A stretch of DNA of 64,000 nt from Felis catus. Lineage: Eukaryota. Each line of letters opens with the position of its first letter. The first letter of the stretch is position 1. Below the pieces are notes generated by a model. It was not told the DNA's origin. It ran no database searches and was given only the letters and a program-made list of their open reading frames with translations. Of this stretch, positions 26,082-37,962 are shown in pieces. The DNA lies in the NCBI RefSeq assembly GCF_018350175.1, contig NC_058368.1:152212001-152276000 (forward strand), read 5' to 3'. The translations under genes were made by a program, and so were the position numbers.

Positions 26082-26250
26082 TTTGTTACATGGCAAAAAC
26101 TAATTCATAGACTCAGTAAAATTCCTTTCACAGAAACTTTGTGATAATAGTCAATACATTTTACCACCCATCCTCCTAGTGCAGAAGAATCTTCCTGTAT
26201 ATCCCATCTGGTATGAATTTGTCCTTTCCACTTTCCTTAGTTTCTTCACT
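26082..26250 (+). repeat. Local duplication, copy A (partner 28714-28882)
   Basis: Manual ungapped alignment: 26 mismatches in 169 bp. Confidence 0.92.
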
Positions 26251-26354
26251 GACAAAAGCATAAGTCTGTGTTCTTTCCTCATTTAAATGACTTAACCTTC
26301 CCTCCTTTGACAGTGTCTAAAAGTAGATGTTTTAAAAGCCTCTTTCACATCGTT

Positions 26355-26640
26355 AGTTTTTTTTAACTTTTACTTTTTGTGAGATACAACATATAGTACA
26401 TAAATCATAAATGTACAGCTTAATTAATTTTTAAAAAGCATATGCCTATGGAGCCTCCATCCATATCAAAATGTAAAATATTATTAATACCACATAAGCC
26501 TCTTGCATCTTCCCAGCCATTACCACTCCCCCCATACACCAAAGGGTATGTACTGTTCTGACTTCTACTATAATGGCTAAGTTTTGCCTGCTTTTTGAAC
26601 TTCATAAAACAGAATCATACAATATATGCTCCCTTACATT
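26355..26640 (-). mobile_element. Old L1 (L1ME-like) 3' fragment
   Basis: aaatcataaatgtacagctt; ctgttctgacttcta...gttttgcctgctttttgaacttcata...gaatcatacaatat. Confidence 0.75.
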
Positions 26641-27599
26641 TGGAGATTGAAAAAAACAAACAAGTCACAAGATGAGAGAACATACTGGCTATATACATAT
26701 CTGACAAGGGATTTATATTAGGATATATAAATACAAATCAACAAAAAAAGACAGACAATCCAATTTTAAAATGGGCAAAAGACTTGAACAGGTACATTAC
26801 TAAAGAGAATAACCAAATAATAGTTCATACATTTTGAGTATCTTCTGTTTAAGCTCTGAGTCTTTGAGGCTCCAAAGCTTAAAGTTCCCTTTTAAATTAA
26901 CTAATCTCTTCATTCACTAATTTCTTCATTAAGAAAACATTTGTTTTACATCTCCTATGTTCAAGGTGGGGTGTCCTACAAAGGACAAGTAAGAGAGATA
27001 AAGCTCCTGGCCTCAGGGAATGAAGGGTCCCATAGTTGAAATAAGTCATGTAAAAAAAAATGGCCACACTCAATATAAATAGTAATACTGGCCACACTAG
27101 AAATAAAATTATTGACTGTTCCTATTTGACATAAGGAGAAGGGCAGAGAGAATTGATTAAAGAAGAAAAGGTGGTATTTGGTTGATTTAATATCTTGTGT
27201 AATTAGTGTCATTAACCTAAAACAAAACTTAGACAAATAACCCAATGCTGATCATTTTCTTTCCCATGCTTCTATAATCATGGAAGTCAGAATCTGGTCC
27301 TAAAAAAGGAGGACATATGGCAGTAATTTGTTGAATCAGAACCAAGAACCATTCTTACTTTTAATTCTACTCTGACCTTAATATTCCAGAACTGGATAAC
27401 TCCCCAGTCTGAACTACATTTCACAAATTACTGAATTTTCTAACCCTGTATCTTGATATCCCACTAACTGCATTCCTGACATCTCCCTATACAACTTAAT
27501 CTAGCATTTTTAATGCTTAGATTACCAACCATCATCTATTCTTTCCGTCTCATTTCTGTATGCCATATCTGGAACACTGTGCAGTCCTTGGTTAATCCA

Positions 27600-27781
27600 G
27601 GGCACCTGGGTGGCTCAGTAGGTTAAGCAGCCAGCCCTGTGTCAGAACCCACCCTCAACATGGAACAACTTGGGATTCTCTATCTCCCTCTCTCTCTCTC
27701 TACCCCTCCTCTGTTCATGTGTGCCTGCTCTCTCTCTTTTTCTCTCTCTCTCTCAAAAATAAATAAATATTTAAAAAAATA
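27600..27781 (+). mobile_element. CanSINE with internal deletion
   Basis: Head gggcacctgggtggctcagtaggttaagc runs into the post-B-box region; CT tract and aaaataaataaat tail present. Confidence 0.88.
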
Positions 27782-28171
27782 GTAGCTTCATCCATATGAG
27801 TCTGTTTGCTTTTTGTTCGTATTTTGATTTTGAAATTATTTCTTGGTGTTTTTAATCCATCTGCACTTCCCCAAAATAACAAACAGACCTCTGGTCTTGC
27901 TCTTGAGTTTGGACTCCTGCTTTTCACTCACTTCTGAACCACTTCCACTCTCTAGATCCAAGGCTTTCTCAATCTACCCATTTTACAACTATGGAAGAAC
28001 CAGCCACAACAAAGGGAAAAAGAGGGAAGAAATTTTTTAATAAAAGCAGGCAATGAACACAACCCATTCTTTTCAAATCAGGATATCAATTTTTAAATTG
28101 GTGCATCTCTCATCCATATGTATTTCATGAATTTCCGCTATATTTTTGTAATACACTGAATCATAAGCTAG

Positions 28172-28367
28172 AGTAGTTTTCTCAAAATCTAGCCTACCTG
28201 CAACAGAAAATCCTAAGGGTACTTACTTTGAATAAGATTCTTAGACCCCACTGCAACCTACTGAGTCAAGTTTTAGACCTGACATTCACATATCAGATTT
28301 TTTTCCTAAGAAGCTCCAAAGGTGATTCCAAAAAGTGGTTCAAAGACCAAAGTCTTAAAACAACTGA
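28172..28367. mobile_element. MER5-like hAT DNA transposon fossil
   Basis: agtagttttctcaaa...gattcttagacccc...acctactgagtca...aagctccaaaggtgattc...aaaacaactg. Confidence 0.55.
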
Positions 28368-28499
28368 AATAAAACAATTCCATGAACAAATGACCACCAA
28401 CCAATTTACGGATTTATTTTTGCCTACTCTTTCACAGGCATTATGGGAGAACACCAAAGACACTCTCATAAAGAGGCAGGGACACCTCTGACATTATGT

Positions 28500-28742
28500 A
28501 AATAAACCCAGGATAGCTTCATTGAGGGATGAGAAATCACATGAGGAGAGATGCTAGCTTTCCCTTCTAAAGCAGATATGTGACTGACGCCATCCTAGAC
28601 TGTCCAATCCAAGCCCAAGCCAACTCAGATAAGAAAAACTGCCCCACCAATACACAGAAGTATGAGAAAGTATTTTAAAGTGTAATGTTATAAGCAACTA
28701 AATTTTGAGGTGGTTTGTTACACGGCAAATACTAACTGATAG
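28500..28742 (+). mobile_element. MaLR LTR 3' fragment
   Basis: ttataagcaactaaattttgaggtggtttgttacacggcaa...taactgataga terminus. Confidence 0.65.
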
Positions 28743-28882
28743 ACTCGGTCAAATTCCTTTCACAGACACTTTGTGGTAAGCATTAATACATTTTACCAGC
28801 CATGCTCTCAGTCCAGAATAATCTTCCTGTATATTCCATCTAATGTGAATTTGTCTTTTCCACTTTCCTCAGTTTTTTCCCT
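28714..28882 (+). repeat. Local duplication, copy B (partner 26082-26250)
   Basis: About 85% ungapped identity to copy A, offset 2632 bp. Confidence 0.92.
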
Positions 28883-28952
28883 TCATTCACAAGTCTTGCC
28901 ACTTATTTTTGCTCCAGAGGTCCTAACCACCTTTTTCATCTTGTTTGCTACA

Positions 28953-29171
28953 TTTTTTATGTTTTTTTAATGCATTTTGAGAGAGATCAAGAGAGCACAC
29001 ATGCACACACAACAGAGGAAGGGGCAGAGAAAGGGAGAGAGAGAATCCCAAGCAGGCTCTGTGCTGTCAGTGCAGAGCTGGACTCAGGGTACAATCCCAC
29101 AACCCCGAAATCATTACCTGAGTTCAAATCAAGAGTCAGATGCTCAACCAACTGAGCCACCTAGCCATCCC
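28953..29171 (-). mobile_element. CanSINE (diverged)
   Basis: gagagaatcccaagcaggctctgtgctgtcagtgcagag...tgctcaaccaactgagccac. Confidence 0.92.
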
Positions 29172-30149
29172 TATTTACTACCTTTTAATTGCACTAACCC
29201 TTCATTCACCATCAAGTACATGTAAGTTTTATAACAGGGTCAAGGCATTCAATGAAGTTCCTTTTATTAAGAGCACAAAAGCTGGGAACTACCTAAATCC
29301 TGAACACTAGGAGGATACCTAGAAAAATTATGAAATTTGATGGAAAAAATATTCAGCCACTGAAAATCACGTTTTTAAAAGAATATTTAGTGACAATAAA
29401 AATGCCCATAAGAAGTAAAAAAGGCAGGATTAAACACTATACATATGGCTATTCATATACCCATATAAAAAAGCAAACGATGTACATTGAGATTTTTAAC
29501 AGTAGTTATCTCTAGATAATGACATAGTAAATGATTTTTGCTGGCTTCTATACTGTTTTTTCTTTATCAATCTTAAAAATGAGCATTTATTACTTACACA
29601 TTGAGAAAAAAGCACATGTTAAAAATATATAAATTGTCTTCTTGCTTTCTTCCACAGTTTTCCAAAATATCTGTAAAACATCTTTGTAAATTACATGAAA
29701 AAAAATTTTTAAAAATAATCATAAAATGTTATTTTGGCCACTAAAGCTTACATTTTGTCAAAAAGTTACCTAATATAGAAACTATAGTAGGTGGAATTAT
29801 TAAAAACCAAAAAGAAAGGTATTGCTACAGTCCCACTCAAGCATATTCACTGTTTTTTCACATAAATAATCGTCAGTGTTTTTCTTTCTCAAAAATGCAA
29901 TTTTTCTATTTGCGATGAAATAACTAAATTTATTGGATTTAAGATAACTAACCTATATATCTGTGTAAAATAGTACTTTTACTATATACTGCCAGAGCAG
30001 AGACACAAAAACTGTCCTCTAAGTAATAAATTTGTTTCTCATAGGAGTATAAGATTAAGAACTGTGAAACTACCTTACGTGTCATCTAGGATTTAGCAAA
30101 TAAACAAATGTATTGGTATGAGAGACAGCTATCTCATTGTCAGAGAAAA

Positions 30150-30343
30150 GATTTATAAACAGGATAAGAGAGAAAGCTAGAATGAACCAAGTAGGTTTGG
30201 ATTAGAAATGGATTATCAGTATAAACTCAGTTGTTGCTGTTGTTGCTTTTAATACAGACAGATCTAGAAATGGATATAAATGTGTATGATGTATATGTGC
30301 ATGTGTGTGTATGTAATATATATATGTATTTTACATACTTATC

Positions 30344-30376
<33 letters not shown>

Positions 30377-30925
30377 CTTTCCAACCTCTGTCCACTAAGA
30401 GTTTCTAGAAGAAAGATTACCTAATGTAATGAACACACCTAACACCAGATTTTGTTTTTCAAACACCATTCTTCAAAAAAAAAAAGTAACCAGAGTTGGG
30501 CTAAGGAAAATACAGTACAAGTCAGCAACATTTTATGGTGTTAGAGGTTAAAGAGTGTCTTCTGATAGGATGCATTAAGAAGGACACAAAATCACTTCTC
30601 CACTATTTTTGGCAAAAATGCGTATCAACTTTAACATGAGATAACATAAGACAAACTCAATTTGCAGTAGATTTATTCTACCAAATACTGGTTAGTACTC
30701 TTTCAAGATGTCAAGATCACAAATGAAAAAGTACTACTGAGAAAATGGCCCAATTAGAACAGATTAAAGAGCCATGAATCAGGGTTAATTCCCAGGCTTT
30801 GATCATTGTATTACAATTATGTAAGATATTACTGTACAGTGAAGATGGGTAAAGGAACTCTTTATACATTTTTTGTAAGAGTTTTGTAAGTCTGGAAATA
30901 CTTGAAAATTAAAAGTTTTTAAAAA
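30150..30925 (+). mobile_element. Old L1 (L1MC-like) 3' UTR with (TG)n at ~30347-30374
   Basis: gtaatgaacacacctaacaccagatttt; aaggacacaaaatcacttc; ttgatcattgtattacaattatgtaagat. Confidence 0.7.
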
Positions 30926-30993
30926 AGGATTTAATGTAGGACAGGGAATTTTTTTTATTTTGATATGACCCAAACTCTTTCAAAAGTTGTTCC

Positions 30994-31103
30994 AGAGTGC
31001 CTGGCTGGCTCAGTGGGTACTGCATGTGACTCTTGATCTCAGAGTTGTGAGTTTGAGCTCCATGTTGGGTATAGAGATTACTTAAAAATAAAATCTTTTT
31101 TTA
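30994..31103 (+). mobile_element. Short tRNA-derived CanSINE variant (SINEC_c-like, no CT tract)
   Basis: gcctggctggctcagtgg...gactcttgatctcagagttgtgagtttgagc...gagattacttaaaaataaaatc; TSD aaaagttgtt at 30982-30991 and 31104-31113. Confidence 0.9.
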
Positions 31104-31204
31104 AAAAGTTGTTTCTAATTCTATATTTAACTGTCTTTTTATCTTTTTTTAAAGATTTTCCTTATTATAACATTAATGCCCCTACTGGCAGCAAGAATCA
31201 AGAA

Positions 31205-31395
31205 TTAACTACAGAGAACAACTGAGGGTTGCTGGAGGGGAGACAGGTGGGGGATGGGCTAAATGGGTGATGGGCATTAAGGAGGGCACTTGTTGGGATG
31301 AGCACTGGGTGTTATATGTAAGTGATTCTATTCCTGAAGCCAACATTACACTATAAATTAACTAACTGGAATTTAAATAAAAACTTTTTAAAAAG
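31205..31395 (+). mobile_element. Carnivore L1 3' tip
   Basis: acaactgagggttgctggagggg...gatgggcattaaggagggcacttgttgggatgagcactgggtg. Confidence 0.9.
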
Positions 31396-31458
31396 ATTAA
31401 ATGTTCTGCAATAAAATTTCACCCTCTCTTCTTCTAATAACTTTTTTCTCTCCTTTTA

Positions 31459-31663
31459 TTTATTTATTTTTTAATGTTTATTTATTTATTTTGAGTTCTC
31501 TTTCTAGAGAGAGAGTGAGCAGGAGAGAGGCAGACAATCCAGGGCAGGCCGCTCACCATCAGCTCAGAGCCCAGTGTAGGGCTCGAACCCCACAAACTGA
31601 GATCATTAGCTGCGCCGAAATCAAGAGTCCGACGCTTAACCGACTGAGCCACCCAGGTGCTCC
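31459..31663 (-). mobile_element. CanSINE
   Basis: TSD ttttctctcctttta at 31444-31458 and 31665-31679. Confidence 0.95.
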
Positions 31664-32119
31664 GTTTTCTCTCCTTTTAAACTTCAATTGTTATTCCCCC
31701 ATTAAACCTGTATGAGAGAGAAGTCCTTATTTATTTTTCTAAAATTTTATGTATTGTACAGCTTTTTGTAAGCTTCTAACATCACTGAAATACTATAATA
31801 ATGTGATTCTGGACATTATGGTTAAATAATTGCTACTGTCTTGCTAGTTTCTGAAAATAATGTAGTTAAAGCATTATTCTAAATTCCATAATTAAATAAT
31901 TAGGGTTGTCTTGGTTGCATGCTTTTATTATTAGTTCTGTTTTTCCTTATTTTTGTCTTCCTGAGGCAAATGCTGACATATCTCTGGAATGTGCTGGCTT
32001 TTGTTTGTTTGGGGTTTTTTTTGAGTGTTTCCTAGAGTGGAACGACATGACAAATTTCAAGTGATTTTATTTTCTTCATTTTCCTTTTTCCTTTATTTTT
32101 ATTTTCTCTTTCCTTTCTC

Positions 32120-32222
32120 TTTTTTTTTTAATTATAGTAAAATACACATAAAATAAAATTTACCATCTCACCCATTTTTAAGTATACAGTTCAGTAGCAT
32201 TAAGTATATTCACATTGTTGAA
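32120..32222 (-). mobile_element. L1MA/MB 3' tip
   Basis: aaaatttaccatctcacccattttta agtatacagttcagtagcattaagtatattcacattgttg (canonical L1MA/MB end). Confidence 0.8.
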
Positions 32223-33834
32223 AAGTTCTGAGGTTTTTTTTTTCTTTTTACCTTTATTTATATATCCAAAAAAGATGCAAAGCAAAGATTATTTGCTTAA
32301 TTTGGAGGACTACTAGGAGAGTGTATTCCTGGTTTCATGTACCACTTTCTCAAACATTATTTGGAATCATTCACATGAGATAAGAATAAAAGTATTAGTG
32401 CTAATTTTGATCTCAAATGATTCAGAACAAAAACCAAGCAAAGAGAAGTAGAAAACTAAAATACAGTTATATGCGTCCTGTATAGAACTTATTTATCTAA
32501 TAAACTTGGTTGCTTCCAGAATACAACTTTACCAGAAAAAATAAGTAGATCAAAGTTCTCCAAAGAACCAAAATCAGTGTAACAAAATCGATGTTTTTAA
32601 TTGTGTATACTTTAGGCACAAAAGAATCTCATGCTTTCATTCAAGAATTTACTCTTACTCTAAGGGCAATGTAACATACTTGGTTACCTGGTATCTAAAA
32701 ATCACAGACTAACAACAGCAAATATGAAGTAAAAAGAGGAATGCTTATAAGCAATATTGGTAACATACTGAAAATAAGAAATTATATGTGGAAAGATGCG
32801 GGAAAACCATGATAGGCAAAAAAAATGAGTGTATTGTTAAAGAATTATTAAAGAATAAAAATATCTTTCATATCTCAAAATTCCTAGAGGCTATAATAAA
32901 TTTAAAATCATTTTCATAACTAACTCTTATAATGATATGTTTAGCATATTCTATTTTCAATACAGGGCATGAAAATAAAATCATAATAAGTAATTTCTAT
33001 GTTGCAGTATCAACAGATTTAAAGTACAGGATACATACAGCATTCAGAATGTAAAAAATAAAGTGGCTTTTGTTTTATTTTTGTGGTTGTTTGAAATGGA
33101 GGTGCTTCACACCAATGTGGGGGGAAGGGGACATATGGACATATTGATGCAAAAAAATTGTACCAAAATAATTTTTCCCCAAAATGCTAGAAATAAGAAT
33201 TCCATTCTTTCAAAGTCCATTTTTCCCCTGAATGCTGACTTTCCATTAAAACCTTACTTAACAGGTAGCATTAGAACAAGATGACAAAGGCAAACATTGA
33301 AGAAAAATATGGACTAAAATATCTAAATATCTAAAATATCTAGCCTAAAATATTAGACTAGAAATGCTTAAGGATCTTCACTGAGAAATGACCACAGGCA
33401 TTCATAGAGGAATTTATGTCTCGGGAAGATGCCCAATTTGGTAACTGATAAAGTCTTCGAAGGAAAATCCCAATAAAAATTGGGACTATAAGCTCTATGA
33501 GGCCAAAAAGTCTGTCTCTCTTCATCACTGTAATGTCAATGCTTATCATGCAAAGACTGCATACAGCAAAATCAGGGCTCAGATGGAGTGCTTTCTATAT
33601 ACTATATTGCTCTTCATTTTTTTCAGTGTTCCAGTGAACTAAGGAGATGTGATACCTGCAGCAAGTAAACACAGTTTCTTTCTGGACTTAAAGTAATTTA
33701 TCTGAAGTAGCATTGTATGTTTTTTTTTTTTAATCAGCTCACAAAACTTCCTCAGAGGTTTTGAGAGGATAGCTTTATTAGACATTTCAATAAACACACC
33801 GGCACCATAATTTAATATGAATAAATGACATTTT

Positions 33835-34335
33835 TTATTCATTTCTTTATCAAACATATATTGAATGTCTACTCTTACCAGTTATTCTACTAGACACCAA
33901 AAATACCACGGTGGATCAGAAAAGACAGCATTTTCTCTCATGTATCATACTCTGGTATGAAAAACAGGGTAAACTATGTAACAAAATTAACAAAATAAGA
34001 AAGCTTGTAAGAAGTCCTGGAGGAAAAACATGAGACTAAAATAAGAAAAACAAAAGGAGCAGGAGAGGTGAGGAGTGGGGTCTGATTTAGTCAGTAAAGT
34101 TTTCCCAAAAAGGTGACATTTAGGCTAAAATGTGAAAAATGATGCAGCACATAGATTGAAAAGAGATTGGGAAGATGATCCTCTGAAGGCAGAAGGAGGT
34201 TGTATGTTAAGGAATTGAAACAAGACTGAGATGGCCAAGTCCTAACAAAGAGGCCATAATAATAGAGTGAGATTTTTCCCTCAGAGCACTGAGAATCCAT
34301 TGAAGGGGGCCAAAGAAGGTGTTGATATGGCCTAG
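33835..34335 (-). mobile_element. L2 LINE 3' fragment
   Basis: ttattcattt...caaacatatattgaatgtctact; aaggtgacatttaggcta. Confidence 0.7.
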
Positions 34336-37300
34336 TTATATATGATATATATATTTTTTTAGTTCTTAAACTAAATTAAACACTGCTAACTTAAATTTGA
34401 TTTGCTCTGAAATTTTCCATAATGCATGTGAAATAAGGGTTTCACCAACCTTTAATTGTTTGAACCTGTTCGTGCTAAACTGAAACTCAGTTTTAATGGC
34501 TGTCTTCCAAAGATCACTCCTTGCTGAACTGTCATAAACTCATAACCACTTAGGTCCTTAAACATCCTCACTGGAAGCTCTGTTTTCCCTCTAACTTCAT
34601 CATGACCACGGAGATCTACAGTTCCTACTATAATATGGCAAAGTGCATTAACTGCACGAAGGGGCTCCATTTGTTGTGTTGGCAGTTTTTGTTCTTCCTT
34701 TCACCTCTCTAATGAGGCCCAGTCCCACTCACTGATGTCCTATAGCAGTCAGACAAACCACCGTCTCAAGTTCTGCCAGGAATCAAAAATAACATTAATT
34801 GCATTCTATATTGTGTATCTATATTTAATGATAATGGATAATATCTCTGATGACATTTTTTCAAAATTTGTTTCTCCATTTCCCCTTCATTTGGAAAAAT
34901 GCCTTCCTGAGTATCTCTACCTAGCTTGTTTTAAGAATGTAAATGCTCTTTCACCCTGTGACTCCTATATTATAACCAGTCTACAGAAGTGCTTTAAAAG
35001 ATCCTGGTTTTACCACCTGAAAGGAGAGGGGGCCTCATAATTGTTCAGAAGAGTTTATTCAGCCCCCACTGGGAGCACATGCAGTTAACATGATTCTGCA
35101 GATGGGCTCACAGACATCCTAGTGCTTCCTCACTGGAGCACAATTCTTTTCCCAGGACACAGGACATTTCAGAAAAGGGATAAAGGGAAACACCTTCTCC
35201 TTTGGTACTCACAAAGCTGCATAACTTATACCTTCTAGGACCCGATAATCTTTACCTGTGGCAGTCATAGTTTCTCTAGGCTTTATAGTTCCACACTTTT
35301 TCCAAAGTCAAATAGAAAGGTGCCAAATCAAGATACAGGACGTGATGCCTTACAACATTCCCCTGCAGACTCTTATGACCTGCATATGCTAGCAAGACTA
35401 ATTACCTCTTTGTCTGAAGACATATAATACGATAATATATGTTAAAATACCTGAAAGATACAAAGAGATGTGCAAACTTAAGATACTAAGACCATGGCTT
35501 ATTTGCCTTTGTATTCCCAATGACTATCATAATACCTTATGTGCAGCAGATTCAGAGAAGACAGACAGACAGACAGACAGATAGATGATAGGTAGCTATA
35601 GATATATAAATTTTATATGCAATATGATATGTATATGGGGAGAGGAAGAGAGAATGAATAAATCTAATAACTACATTTGAGTATCAACAAATTTAGCTAG
35701 GTAAATTTTGAAATTTGTTCTCCCTTTCTATTTTATTGTTATTGCTATGAACAATATTTAGTATTTATCTTTGAGGCTATCTCACTTTATCTTTTCTTTG
35801 ATTTTCGCATGTTACCCAACTTTCCCCATTATACACAAAGTATTCCTGGCTGGCCCATGGTGCCTCTCCCTGTCCCCCACCCACACCCCCAGTACTTAGC
35901 ATCTTAGTTCTGTTATCTCCAACGTTTTTCTTCCAAATTTCCCATCAGCTATTAAGTGGAAGAGCATAAATTCAAGTCCAGGGTTGTCTACCTCCAATGC
36001 TCTTTTCGCTAATCTCTGCTCCTTCCCAAGGAATTTCTAGTTCTGGTGACTTGATGTTAATGGAAGGATTTTCCTGGAACTCCTCATACCACTTATCATG
36101 TGGTACTGTCTCTCCTTCCACAGTAAATGCAGTGCTATTTAGATTACCTTTATATATATGTAAGCACATGGTTTGAACTTGTAGAAAATTGAGTTTGGGG
36201 TGCTGAATTTAAAATGAAGCCATCGGAATACTCACATGAGGACAAAAATCCTATCCTGTGCTGTTAATTCTTGTACTCTTAAGCCTGTGAGTGTGAGAGT
36301 CAGACTTAAGGAGTATTTTAGAGATACAGCCAGTTGTCTTATCACTCACTGACTCAAGAGCAGCCCCTGATGAGTCACACATTGCTTCTGTCACAGCACA
36401 TCAGCCATGAGCCAAAAGTCATCAACTGCATGGAGAGCTGTGCTATCAGTGACTCAGAGCAGCTTTTCCCTGTTTCTCCTGAGGACCAAAAAGGACTCAG
36501 TTAAAGCACAAAGAATTTAGAATGGATATGGATAAGAACAAAAAGTGTAAAAGTGGTAAGAAAGTGAAATTACCCAATGGTAACATAAAGCAGAGGATCC
36601 AACTCTTTTTTTAATTAGAGGATGAAGCAATTTAAGGTGGTGGCATAGAAAAATCCTGAACTTACTATTTCCCATAGACACAACAAATTTATAACTACAT
36701 GTGGAACAATTACCTCTGAAAACAATCTGAGAACTAGCTAAACAGCTACTTCACAAGGATAAAAGGGCCAGATCAAGAGGGTAGGAGAGGCAGAGAAAGG
36801 GTCTTGCCAAAAGCCCACCTCCAGTGCAGTGACTCACCATTGGGAGGGGTCTGACAAATATGGAACTCCACCCCGAAGAGTGAACGGTTTATGCTCTACC
36901 TGAGGCACCCCAACATTTGGGACCTGTACTAGAGAGATGAGCTTCCAAAATGTCTCGCTTTGAAAAACAGTAGGGCTTACATCCAGAACCACAGGGCTGT
37001 AGGAAATGGAGTTTATGCTCTTGAAGGGCTCCTGCACAAACCAAATCACTCCAGGACTCAGTACAAAGGCAGCAATTTTAAAAGAGCCTAGACCATATGT
37101 GAAGAAGATTCATTTGCTAATATTAAAGCATCTTCCAGAAACGCAAAATCCTGTTAGACTTTCCACAGGGAATGGAGATGCTACCAGGCACCATTTTTAC
37201 ATTTTCTCTCTACCTTGCTAGTGCTTGCACTGGTGGGAACCATTTTTGCACCCTTCTCTAACCTGCTGGTGTTCCCAAATGTACTGCTTCCATGCCCTCC

Positions 37301-37919
37301 TTCCTGAGGCAATGGCTGAGGACCTTGTCCCTGCCCAGGACATTCTAAGCCAGGGTACACCCTCAGAACACACAGTAGACATGTCCCTTGAACACTGGAC
37401 TTTGGTGGCCAAGAGATTGCATTTCTGAGACCCATGGGCCTGAAACAATCTAAGTAAAGTTCAAGAGACAACTAAGAACTAGGGAAGGTTAAACAATGTG
37501 GTTCATCTCACTACACAGGGCCATCCCTTCAAGACTGGGAGAGATAGCTATTTCACTTAACACAGAGAAACAAACACAGAGAGTTAAGCAAAATTAGGAA
37601 ACAGAGAAATATATTCCAAATGAAAGAACAAGAGAAAAAGTTTAATAAAATGGAAATGAGTAATTCACATGATAAAGAGTTCAAAGTAATGGTCATGAAG
37701 ATGCTCACTGAACTTGGGAGAAAAATGAATGAACACAGAGAGAACTTAAAAAGAGATAGAAAATATAAGAAAGCTCCAAAAACAATTCACAGAGCAGAAG
37801 AATATAACAACTGAATGGAAAAAATATTCTAGAAGGGTTTAAGAGAAGACCAGATAAAACAGAAGAAATAACCAGTGATCTGGAAAACAGGGCAGTGGAG
37901 CTCACCCAAACAGAGCAGC

Positions 37920-37961
<42 letters not shown>
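37920..37961. repeat. (AAT)14 microsatellite within L1 ORF1 remnant
   Basis: Perfect AAT array. Confidence 0.97.

Positions 37962-37962
<1 letters not shown>

Noticed and set aside
34452..34670. 72-aa ORF in unique sequence with a donor-like AAG|GTTGGT after the stop
   Set aside because: No convincing acceptor or homology, and the length is within chance expectation.
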